A stretch of DNA of 64,000 bases from positions 62,001 through 126,000 of the forward strand of contig NIVC01001414.1 of NCBI GenBank assembly GCA_002269645.1, read 5' to 3'. The position numbers were made by a program, and so were the translations under genes. Positions 50,515-64,000 of the stretch are shown one piece after another (position 1 is the stretch's first letter; the number at the start of each line of letters is the position of its first letter). The notes under the pieces were generated by a model. The model did not search any database. It was given only the letters and a program-made list of their open reading frames with translations, and had not been told where the DNA came from. The DNA is from Macrostomum lignano (Eukaryota).

Positions 50515-51690
50515 GCTGCTTTGTTGGTGATGCAGGGTTGGGGATGCTGGGTTGGTGATGCTGGGTTGGGGATGTTGTGTTGGGGATGCTGTGTTAAAGA
50601 TGCTGTGTTGGTTAGGCTGGGTTGGGGATGCTGGGTTGGTGATGCTGAGTTAGGGATGCTGGGTTGGGGATGTTGTGTTGGGGATGCTGTGTTAAAGATG
50701 CTGTGTTGGTTAGGCTGGGTTGGGGATGCTGGGTTAAAGATGCTGTGTTGGTTAGGCTGGGTTGGGGATGCTGGGTTGGTGATGCTGAGTTGGGGATGCT
50801 GGGTTGGGGATGTTGTGTTGGGGATGCTGTGTTAAAGATGCTGTGTTGGTTAGGCTGGGTTGGGGATGCTGGGTTGGTGATGCTTTGTTGGTGATGCTGG
50901 GTTGGGGATGCTGGGTTGGGGATGCTGGGTTGGGGATGCTGTGTTGGTGATGCTGGGTTGGGGATGCTGTGTTGGTTAGGCTGGGTTGGGGATGCTGGGT
51001 TGGTGATGCTGAGTTGGGGATGCTGGGTTGGGGATGTTGTGTTGGGGATGCTGTGTTAAAGATGCTGTGTTGGTTAGGCTGGGTTGGGGATGCTGGGTTG
51101 GTGATGCTTTGTTGGTGATGCTGGGTTGGGGATGCTGGGTTGGGGATGCTGGGTTGGGGATGCTGAGTTGGGGATGCTGGGTTGGGGATGTTGTGTTGGG
51201 GATGCTGTGTTCAGGATGCTTTGTTGGTGATGCTGGGTTGGGGATGCTGGGTTGGGGATGCTGGGTTGGGGATGCTGGGTTGGGGATGCTGGGTTGGGGA
51301 TGCTGGGTTGGGGATGCTTTGTTGGTGATGCTGGGTTGGGGATGCTGGGTTGGGGATGCTTTGTTGGTGATGCTGGGTTGGGGATGCTGGGTTGGTGATG
51401 CTGGGTTGGGGATGCTGGGTTGGGGATGCTGGGTTGGGGATGCTGGGTTGGGGATGCTTTGTTGGTGATGCTGGGTTGGGGATGCTGGGTTGGTGATGCT
51501 GAGTTGGGGATGCTGGGTTGGGGATGCTGGGTTGGGGATGCTTTGTTGGTGATGCTGGGTTGGGGATGCTGTGTTGGTTAGGCTGGGTTAGGGATGCTGG
51601 GTTGGGGATGCTGGGTTGGGGATGCTGTGTTGGTGATGCTGTGTTCAGGATGCTGTGTTCAGGATGCTGTGTTGGGGATGCTGTGTTTGG
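50515..51690. repeat. 14-bp G-rich minisatellite (GATGCTGGGTTGGG and variants)
   Basis: Tandem units with GGG/GGGG runs on the + strand. Confidence 0.95.
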
Positions 51691-53139
51691 GGCATTGTAT
51701 ACCATTCATTCAATTTCTAACGACAATTACTTCATCAGCTCTTGCTTGTCGAGCTGCATATCCCGTGTCTAATGTCTAGGCAACGCATAGGTTGGTCTAA
51801 TGCCGGACCCACAAAAAATCCTGTCGAGCCTACGTGACTGTTTCTCCTTGGACAGTTAGTCCCACCTGCCCCCCTCTCCTCTCCTCTCTCCCTACCTATT
51901 GCACTTCGTTATCGTTTGGCGCCTCAATAATCGCAGTCAGTCATCGCATCAATCCATCCGTCTACCTCTCTCTGGCTTTGTCCCTATGCTTCTCTCACTC
52001 TGGTCAGTTATTATTGCCTGATTGGGAGGAGATGAGAATACGGGTTGGGTTGGGAGGTTTGAGAGTCGGCAGGTTGAAAAGCTTTGACCCGACTGACTGG
52101 GGGATGGATGGCTGACTGGCTGGCTGACAGGCAGGCAGGCAATGCGTGTGTGAACGCTATCAGAATTTGAGTTCACCCCTTCACCAGCCTTGCTGCGTGT
52201 GTGGCTGGTTGTGGGGCTCCGGCTATTCCAGACCCTATGGGCAGAGTCATATCACACTGTTAGCCAATAGAATCTGCCCGACCAAGTACCTGTCTGTCTC
52301 TGCACCAGTGCTGCAGCCACCCCGCCCCCCCCCCCCCTACTAGACTTCAACCCGACAACCCCCAAAACTCTGCAGCTGACTGATTAATTATATTTCAAGT
52401 TTGACTTCACCCTCTGACTGGGCTTTTCTTTTCGGCTTAGCAATCTTTTAACAGATAATTTATTGCCTAGCCTTGTGTACAAGAAGTCTTCAAGAGCCTT
52501 TAAAATAATATTTTAGTAAGGTGATAATAAATTCTTGGATTTTTAGTTGTATGCTTATTCTGATTATTAATATCTATAATATTGCCAATTTGCATTCTTT
52601 TATTCAAATTTCAGTTCTCAAAAAGACTTGTGAGTTCCTGTCAATCTCGAAAAAAAACATGGACTGCTCCATCAAGCAACTGCTGCTGTCTGGCGGCAGA
52701 AGAAGACGCTAGATTTGGTATGCGGCTTCTATCCTTTTTTCAAAATTGCTTTTAATTGACAGCTGTCTGTTTGAGGGTGTCAGTTATTTATAGAGCATTT
52801 AAAATAACTATTATATCTGCCACACGTGCTAATGAGTTGACAAATTTGACAAGTTTCTGATGACTGACAGCTTGGCCCGCATAGATTGATGGGTGGATTA
52901 GTGGGATTAGTATTGGACTCTGACTCAACTGCCTATCTTGGCATTGTTAATAAATAGTATGAATTGTTGTTGGTTGGGAGCTTTTGGGCATATTTGTGAG
53001 AATGGGGTTACCCTGCCCCGATATCCCCTTTTAATGCAGCGTGTGCTCAATTGTGCTCAGTGCGATATATCTGGTCTTAAGTTTCTACTTCTGGGTATAG
53101 ATTTTTAGCTGTCCTTATCTGTGCCATTGTCTTTTTTAC

Positions 53140-53550
53140 TAGTCGGGATTTCTGATTTTTAATAGTTGGATTTGGGATTAGGGATTTTGTACTAGTTGGG
53201 ATATGTGAATTTTTACTAGTTGGGATTTTGGATTATTGTACCAGTTGGGATTTGGGATTTATCGCTCTAGTTGGGATTAGGGATTATTGCACTAGTTCGG
53301 ATTTGGGATTATTGCACTAGTTATGATTTTGTACTATTTAGGATTATAGATTTTTAAATAGTTAGGATTTGGGATTTTGTAATAATTGGGATTTGGGATG
53401 ATTGTACTAGTTTGAGATTTGGAATGATTGTGCTAGTTTGGGATTTGGGATGATTGTACTAGTTTGAGATTTGGAATGATTGTGCTAGTTTGGGATTTTT
53501 GATTATTGCACTAGTTTCTGATTTGGGATTATTTACTAGTTGGGATTTAG
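53140..53550. repeat. Degenerate ~24-30 bp repeat (ACTAGTTGGGATTT...)
   Basis: Recurrent TAGTTGGGATT/GGGATTATTG units. Confidence 0.75.
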
Positions 53551-54164
53551 AATTTCAAATTTCAGAATTTATAAATTTTTACCCAAAGCGGCTGAATCAT
53601 TTACTTGATCTTCTGCTTAGAAAATTGTTTTTTTATTGCCAATCGAAGTTCGTGACACCCGGCTAGGTATCGGAGATTATGTAGCTCATATATATATAGA
53701 TTACTAACTAGGGAACAAACTACGTGCTAACCCATTGCTGGCGTATGATTATAGTAAAATATATATTTATGTGGCTAGTCAGCCAGTCAGTCAGTGACTG
53801 CAGCTTAGCTGCTCACCCTCCGCTGCTGTTTGACTGACAGGTCAGTTGTGTAGAAAGAAGCCTGGTTTTGTGTGCGCGCGCTCTGTTTGGGATCAGAGAG
53901 CCCGGTAGCTGAGCAGGTTTGTCATTCTCCCCTGCTCATTCTCCCCCTCCTCCTAATACTTGAGCATATGAATCTAGTGATAGTCGTGTAATATATTGAG
54001 AGAACCTATAGGACTGCTTACATATTGTGTGCTTGATGGCCTCCATAATGTATAATGTATAATGTAGATGTAGCTGTATTGTCTATATATATAATGTATC
54101 ACTGTAAAACTTATTATTGTGCTTAGGTTTTTAGGATTCCTCGGAATTAGCTGCCTTTATCCTA

Positions 54165-54850
54165 TTCTCTCCGCTCTGCCTTACCCTCTCTCTTACCCTC
54201 CCCTCTCTTTCACCCTCTCCCTCTTCTACTACCCTCTCCTTCCTTCTAACCCTCTCTTCTACTCTCTCCCCCTCTCTTTTCCCTCTCTCCTACCCTCCCC
54301 TCTCTTTCACCCTCTCCCTCTTCTACTACCCTCTCCTTCCTTCTAACCCTCTCTTCTACCCTCCCCCCTCTCTCTTACTCCCCTCTCTTACTCCCCTCTC
54401 TCCTACCCTCTCCCCTCTCTCTTCCCTCTCTGCTACCCTCTCCCCCTCTCTTACTGCCCTCTCTCCTACCCTCTCCCCTCTCTCTTCCCTCTCTGCTACC
54501 CTCTCCCCCTCTCTTACTGCCCTCTCTCCTACCCTCTCCCCCTCTCTCTTACTCCCCTCTCCTACCCTCTCCCCCTCTCTCTTACTCCCCTCTCTTCTAC
54601 CCTCTCCCCCTCTCTCTTCCCTCTCTGCTACCCTCTCCCCCTCTCTTACTGCCCTCTCTCCTACCCTCTCCCCCTCTCTCTTACTCCCCTCTCCTACCCT
54701 CTCCCCCTCTCTCTTACTCCCCTCTCTTCTACCCTCTCCTCCTCTCTCTTCCCTCTCTGCTACCTTCTCCCCCCTCTCTTACTGCCCTCTCTCCTACCCT
54801 CTCCCCCTCTCTCTTACTCCCCCCTCTCCTACCCTCTCCCCCTCTCCTCC
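54165..54850. repeat. CT-rich tandem repeat
   Basis: Polypyrimidine units such as CTCTCCTACCCTCTCCCC. Confidence 0.92.
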
Positions 54851-55508
54851 CAACTTATTGCAATAATTCCGTATTTTATATAGAATGGTAAAAATCCCAA
54901 AAATGCATCGGAATCGTCTACTCGGTTTATTGAAATTTCGCGGCAGCTCTTTACTGTCTTGGATAAGAAGAAAAAATATTAATCTGCTTTATATTTGCGC
55001 CTCTGTTTTTGGCCTCTTCCGCTGCCCCCCCCCTTCTGGTCTTCAGTAATCTGCTGGATTCGCCCAGTTCGTCATTTTTAAGAATAAAATCCTTGGCCCT
55101 TCTTCGCCTACCAATGGTTTGCCTTTTTTTCTCGTGAATTGCAACTTCTTTGCATTTATTCCTCTCTGCATAGATTTCTTCCTGTTGAAAATCTTCTTCC
55201 TTTAGGCTTTCTTCTTCTTTTTTTGAAAAAAAGCTTTTCTTCCGCTCTTCTCCGTTTGAGTTGCTTTTTTCTTTTTATTGTTGTCGGCAGAAATTCTCAA
55301 GGATTTGAGGCGGCGCCGTTTAGGAAAAGGCGGAGCCCGAAAAATGAGCAGCCGGGGAGGGGAATCAGGCGGTTGGGATTCCCGAGATCTGCTGGGGTCG
55401 CTTCGGAATTGACTGCTGGAGGGGGGGGGGGCTGCTGCCGGATGTCAGCTCTGCCGGATGTCAGCTGGGAATGCAAATATCTGGGCCTCTGATTCTGGCT
55501 GATTTCTC

Positions 55509-55975
<467 letters not shown>

Positions 55976-56517
55976 GTTTGTGTGTCTTAGAGTCTGTTTT
56001 AGCGTCTGTATTACACCCAATAATCAAGTAGTAAAACTACACCCAGGGCTCATAATAATTTGAGCCCGTGCGCCACTCCGACTCGGTAAAATCAACTCCG
56101 ATGATTGGCGTTGCAGGGTCTCAAGCCCAATCTTCTGTCGCTGCCAGGAGTAGCGGCGCTCTCTTTGCAATGCGCAGATATCGATTTGATTTGATCGATG
56201 TGGACTGCGTTAACTAAGCTCTACTGTTGGCTTTGTTCCCTGCTTTTATTGTACCAGCTAGCGCTAATCAGGTTTCCATCGGCTCCCCTCTTCTCTTCCG
56301 CATGTTGTGGGAATTTTTTTGACCCCATTGTTTCTTCATTCTTTTGTCGCTTGTTTTTGGCATTCTCTTTGAAAAATTTTAATTCTTATCATAATGCGAC
56401 GATCAATGAGTGGATGGATGGATGAAATTTCGGGCATTATGGAATTTTGAGTATGATTATGATGATGCCGAAAGCTGAAATAACGGCTTTAATAAATTTG
56501 TCAAATAAACTTGATTA

Positions 56518-57120
56518 AGTGTGGCTCACCTGAACAATCAGAGAGGGGTGGCTCACCTGAACAATCAGAGAGGGGTGGCTCACCTGAACAATCAGAAAGG
56601 GGTGGCTCACCTGAACAATCAGAAAGGGGTGGCTCACCTGAACAATCAGAAAGGGGTGGCTCACCTGAACAATCAGAATGGGGTGGCTCACCTGAACAAT
56701 CAGAAAGGGGTGGCTCACCTGAACAATCAGAAAGGGGTGGCTCACCTGAACAATCAGAGAGGGGGATGGCTCACCTTAAGAATAAGGGAGGGCGGTGGCC
56801 CACCTGAAGGATCAGGGAGGGCGGTGGCTCACCTGAAGGATCAGGGAGGGCGGTGGCTCACCTGAGGGATCAGGGAGGGGTGGCAGCGATGGCTCACTTG
56901 AAGGATCAGGGAGGGGTGGCAGCGATGGCTCACCTGAAGGATCAGGGAGGGGTGGCAGCGATGGCTCACCTGAGGGATCAGGGAGGGGTGGCAGCGATGG
57001 CTCACCTGAGGGATCAGGGAGGGGTGGCCCACCTGAAGGATCAGAGAGGACGGTGACCTACACTGCACCTGAAGGATCAGGGAGGGCGGTTGCTTGTCTA
57101 TAGGATCAGGGAGGGCGGTG
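56518..57120. repeat. 27-bp minisatellite changing to a 36-bp variant
   Basis: GGGGTGGCTCACCTGAACAATCAGAAA units, then GGTGGCAGCGATGGCTCACCTGAAGGATCAGGGAGG units. Confidence 0.93.
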
Positions 57121-57542
57121 GATCAGTGAAGAGTGGCAACAACCCGTATACAGTGTAGTGTCTGGATGAAGTCTTTGCGGGCTCGCACTGGCTGGTTGAT
57201 TTTTAAAACAGAATTGCATTAAAAAGTTTTCCACAAAATTTTATGATTTTCTCGTTTTCTCGACTTATGCTTTGGTGGTAGCGAATTTGCGCCTTAAACC
57301 AGACAATTATAAAGCTCTTTGGCTATTTATGTTCAAGGGGATCAACTTCTGCAGTTTTTTGCGAGCTTTTTCTATACTTGAAATTCATTTATAGAATTGC
57401 GCGAACTGTTCATGGCGTTGATTATGGCTGGTAGAAACCTGTTGGAATTGCTCTGCGCTTCTTATGCAGTCTGGTCTGATGCTTCTGGTGCGGGAAATGC
57501 GCGGCTTTCTCTGAGGAAAGGAGTAAATTTTATTCCAAAAAG

Positions 57543-57848
57543 GAGCGGATTTGATTCCGAGAGGGGTGTATTTGATTCCTAGAGGGGCGGATTTGATTCC
57601 GAGAGGGGCGGATTTGATTCCTAGAGAGGCGGATTTGATTCCTAGAGGGGGGATTTGATTCCGAGAGGGGCGGATTTGATTCCTAGAGAGGCGGATTTGA
57701 TTTGTAGAGGGGCGGATTGGATTTCTAGAGGGGCGGATTTGATTCCGAGAGGGGCGGATTTGATTCCTAGAGGGGCGAAATTGTCCTAGAGGGATGTTTT
57801 TGGTTTTTAAAGAGGCGGATTTGATTTTTAGAGGGGCAGATTTGATTG
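57543..57848. repeat. 21-bp minisatellite (AGAGGGGCGGATTTGATTCCT)
   Basis: About 13 units. Confidence 0.9.
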
Positions 57849-58489
57849 AGACGTTATGAATTCAGATCTACCAGATTCGATCAAGCATCAGATTGAAATG
57901 CTAAGTGTGCTGAGATATAAAAAATATATTGGAGAATTGGGGCCGACACCAAGGCCAGCGTAGCATGAAAATTCCTAGGCACCAACAGGTGGAAGGGAGC
58001 TTGGGGCGCTTCGCATCTTAAGGTGAGGAAAATCTTCAGTCTTTAAACTTTTCTATTCAGTTTGTTGTAACAAAAAATATTCTCTGCTTGCTGCCCTGTT
58101 GCGGATTTTAAACTACTTTTTGCGTAGTTTAGTAGGAAATGAAAAAAGGAGCGGAAAAATATAAAAAATGTAAGTGCCAGGCAATGATAGATTATAGTCT
58201 GCTGGATTGCTCTGCAGTTTAAGGAACTGGCTTGCGGCCGGCTCTTTCGCAGCACTATAAACTGCAATTATATTTAGCAAGTTAATAACCGATTGTGACT
58301 CACACCTGCAGGCCCCGGGTTAGTTAGCTCGCCAACATACTAATACACTTTTTCTCTGCATGGCTTGAATTGAGGTCACACAGTGCTTTAGACTAGCAGC
58401 TTCAATTTTTGCCAACTTTTAGCGAGAAAGTTTGGCGGGTGTTCAATGGGCTTTTGTGATGGAGATTGGGTAGTTATTAGGCATGCTTT

Positions 58490-58700
58490 AATCCAGCTGG
58501 AGTGATAAGAAAGTCTGAATTAGAGTGCCAGCTGGAGTGACAAGAATATCAAGATAGTGTCAGCTGGAGTGACAAGAATATCAAGATAGAGTGTCAGTTG
58601 GAGTGACAAGAATATCAAGATAGAGTGTCAGTTGGAGTGACAGTAATATCAAGAAAAACTGGCAGCTGGAGTGACAATAATGTCAAGATAGAGTGCTAGC
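58490..58700. repeat. ~34-bp tandem repeat (CAGCTGGAGTGACAAGAATATCAAGATAGAGTGT)
   Basis: Five to six degenerate units. Confidence 0.8.
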
Positions 58701-59514
58701 TAAAGTGACACTGGAAGCAGAAATGAGTGCTTAGGTTAAGTGACAGTTGTTATAGAAATGACGAGTGCTTTTGCTGATGCATTCTCCATCGCAACTTCAT
58801 CAGTGTAGTCTTTTTACGGCCAACTTAAAAATCTGTCTTGAACTGTTGTTTTTTCTCTCTCAAGAAAGTTTTAGAATGCTTTTAATGCCTTTTTGTTTTT
58901 CTACTCGCGTTCAAAATGTAGCGAGATGACAAGATGCCATGCTTGTCATAAAAAGTGGGTTTCTCTGTAGTTACCACTGCCTAATGGCTGGGTCCATTAA
59001 CTGCTCTGCAACATTTAATCCTGGCTCACGATTGTGTAAATATTCTTTGCATCCATTTTTATTTCTCACCTCTTGTTTTTTAAAACAAAAAACGAATCCC
59101 AGGAAGTGTGCTCACATATTCTCATTTTTCCTCCCCTCTTTCCTCTTAGCGGCCTTAGTTGTGAAAGTTTTCACTTCTTTCTGTTGCTACTTCTCCTTTC
59201 TTGCTTGCGCCTCAAGTCCGCTAAGAACAAAGCAAGTATTGAGCTGGGATTTTCGCACCTGTGAGTTCTTCAGTTTTCTACCGCAGTTCCTATTTCTATG
59301 CATGTTGTGTGTTGTAGGGTGGGTGTGCAACTTTTAGTGTGAAAGTGTTTGCAAAGAAGTGGTCCTGAAGCCTATTGCAACTGGCTGAGGTAACTCAGGA
59401 TGCGGCTGAGTCATTTTAGTTCCATGCACAGTTGTAGGCTCGTTTTGAGCACATTTTTGTTGGACTTTGAACCGAAATGAGTCACAGAATGAGTGCGTAA
59501 CCATGTGGCTGTAT

Positions 59515-60530
59515 GTACTTATTTTGGCGCTTTAACTGCTCATATTTGGGCTTATTTTAGCGCTTAAACCGCTCAAATTTGGGCTTATCGTAGCGCTTAA
59601 ACTGCTCATATTGAGGCTTATCGTAGCGCTTAAACTGCTCATATTGAGGCTTATCGTAGCGCTTAAACTGCTCATATTGAGGCTTATCGTAGCGCTTAAA
59701 CTGCTCATATTAGGCTTATTGTAGCTCTTAAACTGCTCATATTTGGGCTTATCGTAGCGCCTAAACTGCTCATATTGAGGCTTATCGTAGCGCCTAAACT
59801 GCTCATATCGAGGCTTATCGTAGCGCTTAAACTGCTCATATTGAGGCTTATCGTAGCGCTTAAACTACTCATATTGAGGCTTATCGTAGCGCCTAAACTG
59901 CTCATATCGAGGCTTATCGTAGCGCTTGAACTGCTCATATTGAGGCTTATCGTAGCGCTTAAACTACTCATATTGAGGCTTATTTTAGCGCTTGAACTGC
60001 TCATATTGAGGCTTATTGTAGCGCTTAAACTGCTCATATTGAGGCTTATTGTAGCGCTTAAACCACTCATATTGGGGCTTATCGTAGCGCTTAAACTACT
60101 CATATTGAGGCTTATCGTAGCGCCTAAACTTCTCATATCGAGGCTTATCGTAGCGCTTGAACTGCTCATATTGAGGCTTATCGTAGCGCTTAAACTACTC
60201 ATATTGAGGCTTATTTTAGCGCTTGAACTGCTCATATTGAGGCTTATTGTAGCGCTTAAACTGCTCATATTGAGGCTTATCGTAGCGCCTAAACTGCTCA
60301 TATTAAGGCTTATTGTAGCGCTTAAACTGCTCATATTGAGGCTTATCGTAGCGCTTGAACTGCTCATATTGAGGCTTATTGTAGCGCTTAAACTGCTCAT
60401 ATTGAGGCTTATCGTAGCGCTTAACCTGCTCATATTGAGGCTTATCGTAGCGCTTAAACTGCTCATATTGAGGCTTATCGTAGCGCTTAAACTGCTCATA
60501 TTGAGGCTTATCGTAGCGCTTAAACTGCTC
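59515..60530. repeat. 33-bp minisatellite (GCGCTTAAACTGCTCATATTGAGGCTTATCGTA)
   Basis: About 30 units. Confidence 0.97.
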
Positions 60531-61167
60531 AAAGCATCAACTAGCAAGTTTTAGTTCATACAATTATCCATTAACCTGCGTGTGTATAGATCTGCAAAAG
60601 AAAATTCAACACAACCATTACAGTTGCTAGGCGCTTTACAGGATGCAGTGGCTTGTTGTTCAACCAACCAGCATATCTTCTTGACTAGTGTGACTCAGTA
60701 TAGCATCAGTGCGGAGTGACTGACTGACTTGACTGACTTGGTGAATTAATTCGATAATTGAAGTCTTTCAAAAATAACAAACTAAGCATAGCATAGCAGG
60801 CAGACTCGCTGCATTCGAAAGCGATCGTCTTAGCGGCGCCTGCTAAATAAATATTGCCCCACCCACCTCACCGCTTTCTGAATTTTCTTCTAGAAGAGAG
60901 GACAAGGAGACTCCCGGTTGCTTGATTCCTGGAGTTTGCACCAGCTAAACCCCCTGTATGCGATAAACCCCCTATATAAACCCCCTATATTAGGCAATGT
61001 GCTAGTACCGACACAGATCTGTGTTATTGTTTCTCTTGCTTGTGTGTTTCTTTGCTTTTTAAGTCTAGACTATATGCGGATGCGAGACACCTGGTTACTG
61101 AGTGTGATGATGGTGTATTAATTGTCTTGATGTCTTGATTGTGTCAGAGACGATTTGAAGGTCTTCA

Positions 61168-64000
<2,833 letters not shown>

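Noticed and set aside
54950-55450. Lys/Glu/Arg-rich minus-strand stretch (similar at about 58800-59330)
   Set aside because: Multiple stops and frameshifts and no motif I could assign; possibly decayed transposon coding sequence, but unsupported.

Overview
Eukaryotic, intron-containing, satellite-rich animal DNA. The GC-rich short exons, poly-Q tracts and dense minisatellites resemble a free-living flatworm such as Macrostomum; this is an inference and was not tested. The left ~39 kb holds genes reconstructed by hand from GT-AG splice sites: a 2-exon CCDC92/74-family gene, four intact 2-exon genes for small secreted WSC+PAN/apple proteins plus a fifth disrupted copy, two 5-exon divergent tetraspanins with matching intron positions, a frameshifted THAP-domain sequence, a possible C-type-lectin remnant and a 70-aa signal-peptide/4-Cys ORF. 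The right ~25 kb has no recognisable gene and is a mosaic of nested MITEs, SINEs and more than ten different tandem arrays. The most unusual signal is a ~5 kb domain (about 40.3-45.7 kb) with almost no CpG outside younger insertions. Old SINE copies there differ from an intact copy at 20.2-20.5 kb almost only by C>T/G>A, including CG>TA double hits and non-CpG sites, which resembles RIP-like or methylation-driven hypermutation. Most long ORFs in the supplied track are artefacts of tandem repeats.
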